Assembly: GCA_963758365.1 (NCBI GenBank)
Contig: CAVWVB010000001.1
Coordinates: 248,428-312,427 of the forward strand
DNA from: an uncultured Gammaproteobacteria bacterium
GTDB lineage: Bacteria > Pseudomonadota > Gammaproteobacteria > Xanthomonadales > Rhodanobacteraceae
Length of the DNA stretch: 64,000 nt
Direction: 5' to 3'
A model generated the notes under the pieces. The model did no database searches. It was not told where the DNA came from and saw only the letters and a list, made by a program, of their open reading frames with translations. Of this stretch, positions 1 to 9,028 are shown piece by piece. The position numbers were made by a program, and so were the translations under genes. Each line of letters begins with the position of its first letter. Position 1 is the first letter of the stretch.

Positions 1-285
1 CGCGACCGTATCGTCGCGTTCGCCGAGGTGAACCCCGGACGCGCCCACCGCAAGCGCGAGCCCGACATCGTCGTTGATGATCAGCGGCACGCGATGCCGC
101 ATGCACAGCGCGTGCAGCGCGTCCGCCTCGCTGCGCCGACGCGCATGGTCGGCGGTCTTGTCGCGGTATTGCAGGAGCGCGGCGCCGCCCGCGAGGGCGG
201 CCGTACAGACCTCGATCAGATCCGTGCGCGGCCCGTCGGTGATCGCGTACAGGCCGCGCAGGCGGCCGCGGGAAATCGTGATCAT
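1..285 (-). CDS. thiE: thiamine-phosphate synthase, N-terminal part (gene runs off left edge)
   Basis: Reverse translation from ATG (285-283) gives [74 protein letters not shown]..., the GLYxITD / LLQxRxK / PLIIND pattern of ThiE. Absent from the ORF track because no stop lies in the window. Confidence 0.75.
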   Translation of the reverse strand, partial: MITISRGRLRGLYAITDGPRTDLIEVCTAALAGGAALLQYRDKTADHARRRSEADALHALCMRHRVPLIINDDVGLALAVGASGVHLGERDDTVA

Positions 286-346
286 CGGGAGCTGCGCTTT
301 CGCCGCTGCGGACAAGCTGAGAGAATACCGGACCGTTCGTTCACCG

Positions 347-562
347 ATGCGTCCCGTGATGTCCGATTCCGCAGCCGCAGCATCCGTCGATGCGCCGTTT
401 CGCACATTCATGTGCGTCGTCTGCGGCTTCATCTACGACGAAGCCGAGGGCTGGCCCGAGGACGGCATCGCCGCGGGCACGCGCTGGGAGGACGTGCCGG
501 ATACCTGGACCTGCCCGGACTGCGGCGTGACGAAATCGGATTTCGAGATGGTCGAGGTGTAG
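347..562 (+). CDS. rubredoxin
   Basis: C-terminal 54 aa [51 protein letters not shown] carry the two CxxCG rubredoxin knuckles. Start is ATG 347 or ATG 359; the upstream part of ORF 74..562 is not rubredoxin-like. Confidence 0.9.
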   Translation: MRPVMSDSAAAASVDAPFRTFMCVVCGFIYDEAEGWPEDGIAAGTRWEDVPDTWTCPDCGVTKSDFEMVEV

Positions 563-825
563 TCCGACATTCGATTCCCGCAGCCGCGGTTCCGGCTCGA
601 CGGTCGCGCAGGATGCGCAGCGGAAAATCCTTGCGCTGCCGGTTCGATTGACGCGTTGGGGCGGTGTCGTGAAGGAAGGCCCGGGCTCGCCGACCTGGCC
701 GCGGCATCCGACAGGTCAAGGCGCCGCCGCGCAGTTTTTTGCGAGCGATGCTTCCCTGCAACGCGGCGCGGATTGAAACCCGTTCTCCGCATTCCGCCGA
801 TTCCGGCGCGTGTCGGTGTGCCCGC

Positions 826-850
826 GACGCGCCATGGCGCGCCTTTTTTT
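826..850 (+). terminator. candidate intrinsic terminator (short GC hairpin plus T7 run)
   Basis: cgcgc-catg-gcgcg followed by cc-ttttttt. A 7-T run is conspicuous in this GC-rich DNA. It lies about 270 nt downstream of the rubredoxin stop. The stem is short, so the call is weak. Confidence 0.3.
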
Positions 851-934
851 CGTCATCTCGCTGTCGCCGGATCTGCAGCGCGATCTGTTGGAGTGAACTG
901 AAATGTTCATTTCGAACAGAGGAGAGGAGATCCC

Positions 935-1144
935 ATGCGCCTGTTTGTTCCCGTCGAGGACGCCAGCATCGATCAGGCGACGGAGCGGCTCGTGCCGTAC
1001 CGCTGCGGTCTCGCCTGCGCTCACGCGTTGCGCGAGACCCTGGTATTGCGGGACGGTGTCTGGATCGCGCGCACTGCGCTCAGCGAGCGATCTGCATCTC
1101 GTCGCCCGGAGCCGCACCGATCCGGCGTGCCTCACCCGCGTTGA
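935..1144 (+). CDS. hypothetical small protein (uncertain)
   Basis: Strong SD-like GGAGAGGAGA lies 5 nt before the ATG. The first ~48 codons have G/C-rich third positions. The last ~20 codons overlap the convergent DUF192 gene and lose that bias. No family recognised. Confidence 0.25.
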   Translation: MRLFVPVEDASIDQATERLVPYRCGLACAHALRETLVLRDGVWIARTALSERSASRRPEPHRSGVPHPR

Positions 1145-1526
1145 GCTCGAGCACGTAGCGGGCCGGAGCGCCGCTCGAGTAGGCGGGGCAGGGGTCGGCC
1201 GTGCAGGGCTGCACGTCGTGCTGCACGCTGAGCAGGCGCCGGTCGCCATTGAAGAACAGCATGTCCAGCGGGATCTTCGTGTTCTTCATCCAGAACGCGC
1301 GCGGAATCTCGTCCTGGAACTCGAACAGCATGCCGTGGTCGGCAGCCATCTTGGTACGGTCCATCAGGCCGTGCTCCCGCGCGGGCTCGGTGTCCGCGAT
1401 TTCGACCCCATAGTGGTGGCCGGCGAGTTCGACCGACGGTCCCTTGGCCCCGCAGCCCTGGATGGAAGCGCCGGTCGCGAGTGCGATCAGCACAGGCAAC
1501 AGCGATGGAAACGTTCGTGCTTTCAT
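1080..1526 (-). CDS. DUF192 domain-containing periplasmic protein
   Basis: Start MKARTFPSLLPVLIALATGASIQGC (signal/lipobox) inside ORF 1080..1733. The MLFxF...FWMKNTxIPLDMLF...YVLELNAG pattern is typical of DUF192. Confidence 0.85.
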   Translation of the reverse strand: MKARTFPSLLPVLIALATGASIQGCGAKGPSVELAGHHYGVEIADTEPAREHGLMDRTKMAADHGMLFEFQDEIPRAFWMKNTKIPLDMLFFNGDRRLLSVQHDVQPCTADPCPAYSSGAPARYVLELNAGEARRIGAAPGDEMQIAR

Positions 1527-1659
1527 GGCCCAACCCTCTGCTGGAAAGAAAACCGCGGTCCGTCCGCGGACCGGTGGAAACCGCACGTGCCCGGGCCGTC
1601 CTGTGCGTCCATGGCCGCCCACAAGACGAGTCGAGGGGCGCGGATCGTGCCGTGTGCGC

Positions 1660-2619
1660 TCAACCCTGCGGCCGCGACGCTCCATCGAGCGCATAGCCGA
1701 ACTGTTCGCTGAACGCCGCCGTGAATCCGGCATGGTCGAAGCGCTGGTTCTGGGTGCCCGGATGCTCGACCTTGAGCGCCCCCATCAACGAGGCCATGCG
1801 ACCGCAGGTAGGCAGGTCGTGGCCGCGCATCAGACCGAAGATCAGGCCTGCGCGATAAGCGTCGCCGCAGCCGGTCGGATCGACGATGCGACGTTCGCGC
1901 GCCGGCGGTATCTCGTGGCGCTGGCCGTCATGCGTGTGAATGATCGAGCCGCGCGGTCCGTGGGTGATGATGTAGGCGTCCACGCGCGCGGCGATCTCCG
2001 CGGTGTCCAGGCCGGTGCGCTGCTGGAGCAGTTGCGATTCGTAGTCGTTGACGATCACGTAATTCGACTTCTCGATCATCGCGCGGAACTCGGCGCCGTC
2101 GAACAGCGGCATCGCCTGGCCCGGGTCGAAGATGAACGGCACGCCGCGCGCCGCGAATTCGTCGACGTGCTGCAGCATCGCCTCGCGTCCATCCGGCGCG
2201 ACGATGCCGAAGGTGACGCCGGGCACGTCGCGCACGTGGTTCTCGTGCGAACTCGACATCGCGCCGGGATGGAAGGCGGTGATCTGATTGTTGTCCAGAT
2301 CGGTCGTTATGAAGCACTGCGGCGTGAACTGGTTCTCGAACACGCGCACGCGGTCGAGGCGGATCCCGCATTTTTCGAGGTGCTCGCGATAGGGCGCGAA
2401 ATCCTGGCCGACCGCGGCCATCGGGATCGGATCCTCGCCGAGCAGCTTGAGGTTGTAGGCGATGTTGCCGGCACAGCCGCCGAACTCGCGACGCATTCGC
2501 GGCACCAGGAACGACACGTTCAGGATGTGCACCTGGTCGGGCAGGATGTGTTTCTTGAACTGGTCCTGGAACACCATGATGGTGTCGTAGGCGAGCGAAC
2601 CGCAGATCAGTGCTGACAT
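1660..2619 (-). CDS. PfkB-family carbohydrate/nucleoside kinase (adenosine-kinase-like)
   Basis: 319-aa ORF with GGCAGNIAYNL near the N-terminus and the PfkB signature DPTGCGDAYRAG near the C-terminus. Confidence 0.85.
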   Translation of the reverse strand: MSALICGSLAYDTIMVFQDQFKKHILPDQVHILNVSFLVPRMRREFGGCAGNIAYNLKLLGEDPIPMAAVGQDFAPYREHLEKCGIRLDRVRVFENQFTPQCFITTDLDNNQITAFHPGAMSSSHENHVRDVPGVTFGIVAPDGREAMLQHVDEFAARGVPFIFDPGQAMPLFDGAEFRAMIEKSNYVIVNDYESQLLQQRTGLDTAEIAARVDAYIITHGPRGSIIHTHDGQRHEIPPARERRIVDPTGCGDAYRAGLIFGLMRGHDLPTCGRMASLMGALKVEHPGTQNQRFDHAGFTAAFSEQFGYALDGASRPQG

Positions 2620-3062
2620 CGAGGGGCCTGTGACCTTCGTCTGGTGAGGGGTCGCGACCGCTCCTGCGGTGCCGTGCGGCGCGGATCGGGCGCTTACCCG
2701 GCGCCAGGGGACCCTTTGAGCCGCGCTGCCTTCCGCGCTGCGACCGCTTGCCGCGGCGGCACGCCGTACGCGCCCGTAAACCCGTGAAGCTTACCCGAGC
2801 CGTGCGCCGGAGCGGAAATCCGCTCGGCATGCGCGGCGTCGCGCGCGCTGTCCGCGCGCCCCGCTCCGGCAATCCCGGTAGTTCCGGCAAGGGATCCTTA
2901 ACCTGCCTGTCCTTGCCCGCGCGCGCGCAGCTGACTAAACTCGTGCGCTTTTCCCTCGTTCGGCCCGGCAGGCCTGTCACGGCCGCGACGAGGGTGCTCG
3001 CGTGTGGCCCTCGGGGCCGCGCGCCCTGTTTCGTGCGCCGGGCAGGATGCCCGCGCGTGTGA

Positions 3063-4139
<1,077 letters not shown>

Positions 4140-4213
4140 TCGGGACCGGTATTCGGAATGAAGGGTCGGGATTGCCGTTGAGCGAAAGCGCACGGCGTCG
4201 CTTGTTGTTCTAC

Positions 4214-4241
4214 GATTCCCGATTCCCGATTCGAGATTCCC
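4214..4241. repeat. tandem heptamer repeat (GATTCCC x4, one degenerate)
   Basis: gattccc gattccc gattcga gattccc lies directly upstream of the mreC start. Confidence 0.7.
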
Positions 4242-4248
4242 TGCTGCA

Positions 4249-5184
4249 ATGGCCCTCGCGCGTACCGAAAATGCCACGCTGTTCGCCGAGGGCGCGGTCA
4301 GCACGCTGCGACTGATCGTTTACCTCGCCTGTGCGGTCGCGCTGATGGTGCTCGATCACGGCAGCGGTTACCTCGGCACGCTGCGCAATGCCGGCAGCGC
4401 GCTGGTCGAGCCGGTCTATCGGCTCGCCGCATTTCCAGCGGACGTTGCGCGCGCGACGCGCACTGCGGTCGCGACCCAGGGCCGTCTGGCCAGCGAGAAT
4501 CGCGCGTTGCGCGAGGCCCTGCTGCTCGCGCAGGCGCGCCTGAACCGGCTCGACACCCTGGTGGCGCAGAACACGCGTCTGAAAGCCCTGCTCGACGCGC
4601 AGAAGAACCTCGGTCTGTCGGTGCAGTTCGCGCGCCTCGTCGACGTCGATCTCGATCCATTCCGCCACCGCATCGTGCTCGACGTCGGCTCCAACCAGGG
4701 CATCACGGTCGGCCAGCCGGTCATCGACGCGCACGGCGTCATGGGACAGATCGTCGAAGTGCTGCCGAACACCGCGGTCGCGATGCTGATCACCGATCCG
4801 ACCCACGCGATTCCGGTCGTCGTGGAGCGCAGCGGCCTGCGTGCGATCGCCTATGGCAGCGGTGCGATCGATCGGCTGGAATTGCCGAACATCCCGATCA
4901 GCGCGGACGTCGCGGTCGGCGACCACCTGCTGACCTCGGGCCTGGGCGGCCGTTTTCCGGCCGGTTTCCCGGTCGGCACGATCAGCGTGGTCAGGAACGA
5001 CCGCAACGGCCTGTTCACCGCGGCCGTCGCGCGGCCGGCCGCCGCGCTCGACCGCAGCGGCGAGGTCCTGCTGCTGCGCGATCAGCCGCAGCCGTACGGA
5101 CCGCCCGCGCCGCTGGACGAGGTGGGGCCGCCGTCCAGCCTCGCGGGGCCGGCGCCCGCGAATGCTTCGCCGCCGCCGCGATGA
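4249..5184 (+). CDS. mreC: rod shape-determining protein MreC
   Basis: Position between mreB and mreD. N-terminal TM segment, coiled-coil region (ENRALREALLLAQARL), then a beta-barrel region with G..V....G.vG.V pattern and a Pro-rich tail. Confidence 0.9.
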   Translation: MALARTENATLFAEGAVSTLRLIVYLACAVALMVLDHGSGYLGTLRNAGSALVEPVYRLAAFPADVARATRTAVATQGRLASENRALREALLLAQARLNRLDTLVAQNTRLKALLDAQKNLGLSVQFARLVDVDLDPFRHRIVLDVGSNQGITVGQPVIDAHGVMGQIVEVLPNTAVAMLITDPTHAIPVVVERSGLRAIAYGSGAIDRLELPNIPISADVAVGDHLLTSGLGGRFPAGFPVGTISVVRNDRNGLFTAAVARPAAALDRSGEVLLLRDQPQPYGPPAPLDEVGPPSSLAGPAPANASPPPR

Positions 5185-5669
5185 ACCGCGCACGCGTCCA
5201 GAGCTGGTTGTTCGCGGGCAGCCTGGTCCTCGCGTTTCTGCTGCAGTTGATGCCGCTGCCGCTCGCGCTGCTGCCGCTGAAGCCCTATTGGGTCGCGCTG
5301 GTACTGATCTACTGGGCGATCGAGACTCCCGAGCGGATCGGTCTCGGTTTCGCGTTCCTGTTCGGTCTGGCCAGCGACATCGTGACCGGCGAACTGCTCG
5401 GGGAACAGGCGTTGCGCCTGCTCGTGATCACGTTCATCGTGCTGCGCTTTCGCGCGCGCCTGCGCTTCTTTCCGCTGTGGCAGCAGGCGCTGGCCGTACT
5501 CGTGCTGCTGCTCAACGACCGCATCGTGATGCTGATGGTGCGCGGATTCGCGGGCCAACCGCTGCCCTCGGCCGCGTTCTGGCTCGCACCGATCAGCGCG
5601 ATGATCGCGTGGCCATTCGTGTTCCTGATCCTCGACGACGTGCGCGCGCGGCTGCGTGCGAAGGATTGA
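5181..5669 (+). CDS. mreD: rod shape-determining protein MreD
   Basis: ATGA overlap with the mreC stop. 162-aa polytopic hydrophobic protein in the canonical mreBCD position. Confidence 0.85.
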   Translation: MNRARVQSWLFAGSLVLAFLLQLMPLPLALLPLKPYWVALVLIYWAIETPERIGLGFAFLFGLASDIVTGELLGEQALRLLVITFIVLRFRARLRFFPLWQQALAVLVLLLNDRIVMLMVRGFAGQPLPSAAFWLAPISAMIAWPFVFLILDDVRARLRAKD

Positions 5670-5770
5670 CCGCGATGATCCGCGCATGCGCCTGTCGCCC
5701 GACCGGCCCGCTCCGTACCATGGCCGCCGCGCGCCGCGATGCCGCGCGGCGCAACCGGTAGCACGACGCG

Positions 5771-7708
5771 ATGCGCAGCGCATTCAAACCGCTGAGGGAG
5801 GCGCGTCACGAGGCCGCGACGTTCCGTCGCCGCGCGATCGCCGGACTGCTCATCATCATCGCCTGTCTCGCCGCGCTCGGTGCACGCTTCGCCTATCTGC
5901 AGGTCGACCGGCACGACGAGTTCAGTGCGCGCTCGGAGGCGAACCGCGTACTGACCCGGCCGCTCGCGCCCGCTCGCGGCCTGATCTATGACCGCAACGG
6001 CGTGCTGCTCGCCGAGAACGTGGCCGCGTTCCGACTCGAGGTCACGCCCGAACAGGTCGAGGACATGCCGCGCCTGCTCGCGCGGCTCGGGCAGGTCGTG
6101 CCGCTCAGCGAGGACGACCTCACGCGCTTCGACGCACAGCGCCAGGGCAAGCGCTCGTACCAGAGCGTGCCGCTGCGGCTGAAATTGTCCGAGGAGGAGA
6201 TCGCACGCTTCTCGGTCAACCGCTGGGCGTTTCCGGGCGTCGACGTGGTGCCCTACCTGACCCGCTCGTACCCGCTCGGCGAGGAATTCGCGCACACGGT
6301 CGGCTATGTCGGGCGCATCGACGAGGACGAACTGGCGCGCATCGACAAGGGCGACTACGCGGGCACCACGCACATCGGCAAGACCGGCATCGAGCGCTTT
6401 TACGAAGATCGCCTGCACGGCGAGGTCGGCTACGAAAAGGTGGAGGTCAATGCGGACCACCGGCCGCTGCGGGTCCTGCCCGACCGCCTCGCGCCCAAGC
6501 CCGGCGACAATCTGTACCTGACGATCGATGCCCACCTGCAGGAGGCCGCGGAGGCCGCGTTCGAGGGGCGCGCCGGCGCCGCGATAGCGCTCGATCCGCG
6601 CAATGGCGAGGTGCTCGCGATGATCAGCGTACCGAGCTTCGATCCGAATCCGTTCGTCAACGGCATCTCGCATGCGGACTACTCCGCGCTGCTCGAAGAC
6701 CCGGACAAACCGCTGCTGAACCGCGCGCTGCGCGGCAACTACGTGCCCGGCTCGACGATGAAGCCGTTCGTCGGACTCGCCGGACTCGAATACGGTGTGC
6801 GCCGTCCCGAGGATACCGTGCTGTCGACCGGCGAATTCTTCATCCCGGGGCAGGCGCGCGCCTACCGCGACGACAAGCGTGGCGGCCACGGCCGCGTCGC
6901 CCTCGTGCAGGCGATCGCGCAGTCGGTCAATACCTATTTCTACTCGGTCGCGCTCGACCTCGGCATCGATCGCTTCTCGGCGTTCATGGACAAGTTCGGT
7001 TTCGGCAAGCCCACCGGCATCGATCTGGTCGGCGAGAGCGGCGGCGTGCTGCCCTCGCGTGACTGGAAGCGCGCGCGCTTCAACGAAGCGTGGTATCCGG
7101 GCGAGACCGTGATCGCGGGCATCGGTCAGGGCTACTGGGTGGTCACGCCGCTGCAGCTCGCCAATGCGGTCGCGACGCTGGCCTCGCGCGGCGTGCCGCA
7201 TGCGCCGCACCTGCTGCGCGCGGTGCAGAAGGGCGTCGACAGCCGGCCGGTCGCGGTTGCGCCGGCCGCTCCACGGCCCGGCGTGATCCGCAACCCGCAG
7301 GACTGGAGCGCGGTCGAGCAGGGCATGATTGCGGTGCTGGACAGCGGCACCGCACGCGGCATCGGTCGCGACTTCCCGTATGTGATCGCGGGCAAGACCG
7401 GCACGGCCGAACGCTTTTCGCGCACGACCACCGAGTGGACCAGCATCAGCACCAGTCCGATCGAGCGCCATCAGGTGCTGTTCGAGGCGTTCACGCCGGC
7501 CGACGCGCCGCGCATCGTGGTAGTCGTCGCGCTCGAAGCCGGTCGCAGCGGCGCGCACGATGCGGCGCCGATCGTGCGCAGGATCCTCGATGCGTGGCTG
7601 CCGGGGGACCAGGCGCGCCAGGCGCGCAACGCGAATCCGGCGGCCGCGCCGGTGGCCGTCTTGCAGACGGCGGCGGCACGCGCGCACGGCGCGGAGGCGG
7701 CCCGATGA
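5771..7708 (+). CDS. mrdA: peptidoglycan D,D-transpeptidase PBP2
   Basis: N-terminal anchor, RGxIxDRNG motif (ARGLIYDRNGVLLA), STMKP active site (PGSTMKP), KTGTA motif (AGKTGTAE). Confidence 0.93.
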   Translation: MRSAFKPLREARHEAATFRRRAIAGLLIIIACLAALGARFAYLQVDRHDEFSARSEANRVLTRPLAPARGLIYDRNGVLLAENVAAFRLEVTPEQVEDMPRLLARLGQVVPLSEDDLTRFDAQRQGKRSYQSVPLRLKLSEEEIARFSVNRWAFPGVDVVPYLTRSYPLGEEFAHTVGYVGRIDEDELARIDKGDYAGTTHIGKTGIERFYEDRLHGEVGYEKVEVNADHRPLRVLPDRLAPKPGDNLYLTIDAHLQEAAEAAFEGRAGAAIALDPRNGEVLAMISVPSFDPNPFVNGISHADYSALLEDPDKPLLNRALRGNYVPGSTMKPFVGLAGLEYGVRRPEDTVLSTGEFFIPGQARAYRDDKRGGHGRVALVQAIAQSVNTYFYSVALDLGIDRFSAFMDKFGFGKPTGIDLVGESGGVLPSRDWKRARFNEAWYPGETVIAGIGQGYWVVTPLQLANAVATLASRGVPHAPHLLRAVQKGVDSRPVAVAPAAPRPGVIRNPQDWSAVEQGMIAVLDSGTARGIGRDFPYVIAGKTGTAERFSRTTTEWTSISTSPIERHQVLFEAFTPADAPRIVVVVALEAGRSGAHDAAPIVRRILDAWLPGDQARQARNANPAAAPVAVLQTAAARAHGAEAAR

Positions 7709-8823
7709 TCGACGAATGGATCGCGAACCTGCGCGGCCGCGCGGCCGCGATGTGGCGCAAGCCGCGCATGGATCTGCCGCTGCTCGGCGCGTTGCTGCTG
7801 TTGATAAGCATCGGACTGCTCACGCTGTACAGCGCGAGTGACCTCGATCGCGACCTGGTACTCGCGCAAGGCGCGCGCTTCGCACTGGGCTTCGCGCTGA
7901 TGTTCATGCTCGCGCGCATTCCGCCGCTGACCCTGCGCAACTGGACGCCGTGGCTGTACGCGGCGAGCGTGCTGCTGCTCGTGCTGGTCGCGCTGCTCGG
8001 CGAAGGGCGCGGCGCACATCGCTGGCTGGATCTGCGCGTCGTGCGCTTCCAGCCCTCCGAACTGCTCAAGCTGACCATGCCGATGATGGTCGCGTGGTAT
8101 CTGAACGGACGGCCGCTGCCGCCCGGCTGGACCACGTTGGGCATTGTCGGCGTGCTGATCGCGATACCGGCCGGACTCGTCGCCGAGCAGCCCGATCTCG
8201 GCACCGCGCTGCTGATCGCCGCGAGCGGCGCGTTCGGGATTTTCCTCTCCGGCATCGCATGGTGGCGCATCGGTGCGCTGCTCGCCGCGCTCGTCGCGAT
8301 GGTGCCGGTCGGCTGGCATTTCCTGCACGCCTACCAGCGCAATCGCTGGCTGACCCTGCTCGATCCGGAAGCCGATCCGCTCGGCAACGGCTGGCACATC
8401 ATCCAGTCCAAGATCGCGGTCGGTTCCGGCGGAATCTGGGGCAAGGGTTGGCATCACGGCACGCAGTCGCGACTCGAGTTCCTGCCCGAACACACCACCG
8501 ACTTCATCTTCTCGGTGTTCGCCGAGGAGTGGGGTCTGGTCGGTGTGCTGCTGCTGCTCGCGCTGTACGTGTTCATCATCGCGCGCTGCCTGTGGATCGC
8601 GGCCGAAGCCAAGGACACCTATGCGCGCCTGCTCGCGGGCGCGATCAGCATGGCGATGTTCGTCTACGTGATGGTCAACGGCGGCATGATCACCGGCATG
8701 CTGCCGGTGGTGGGCGTACCGCTGCCGCTGGTCAGCTATGGCGGTACCTCGGCGGTGTCGATGCTGGCCGGATTCGGCGTGCTGATGTCGATCCATGCAC
8801 ACCGCAAGGTCGTGGCGGGGTAG
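7705..8823 (+). CDS. rodA: SEDS peptidoglycan polymerase RodA
   Basis: ATG at 7705 overlaps the mrdA stop (ATGA). Sequence MIDEWIANL...LLLISIGLLTLYSAS...RFQPSELLKL...TDFIFSVFAEEWG...PLPLVSYGGTS matches FtsW/RodA family motifs. The upstream part of ORF 7090..8823 overlaps mrdA out of frame. Confidence 0.93.
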   Translation: MIDEWIANLRGRAAAMWRKPRMDLPLLGALLLLISIGLLTLYSASDLDRDLVLAQGARFALGFALMFMLARIPPLTLRNWTPWLYAASVLLLVLVALLGEGRGAHRWLDLRVVRFQPSELLKLTMPMMVAWYLNGRPLPPGWTTLGIVGVLIAIPAGLVAEQPDLGTALLIAASGAFGIFLSGIAWWRIGALLAALVAMVPVGWHFLHAYQRNRWLTLLDPEADPLGNGWHIIQSKIAVGSGGIWGKGWHHGTQSRLEFLPEHTTDFIFSVFAEEWGLVGVLLLLALYVFIIARCLWIAAEAKDTYARLLAGAISMAMFVYVMVNGGMITGMLPVVGVPLPLVSYGGTSAVSMLAGFGVLMSIHAHRKVVAG

Positions 8824-9028
8824 TGGTCCGGCAGCCGCAAGGTTGCCGATGCCCGTTCCGGCGCCTATGGTTCGACACGAGCCGGACGCATCGCTCGCGG
8901 GTCGATTGCGCAAGTGCGATGCCGGCGCAGGCAACGGGTTCTGCCGCAACCGCGCGAGCCGAAGGAATCCAGGACGGTTTTTTTCCGGCCTGCTGTTGGA
9001 GTGGCGTCAGGTGACGCCGGGGGCGGAC

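Noticed and set aside
5309-7687. 792-aa minus-strand ORF antisense to mrdA, and similar long ORFs at 9386-11692(-), 22212-25217(+), 28095-30260(-), 46280-47995(-) and 53219-55066(-)
   Set aside because: These have Arg/Ala/Gly/Pro-dominated composition with no motifs. Each lies opposite or out of frame to a gene with clear family signatures. This is typical stop-codon-poor shadow frames of about 70% GC DNA.
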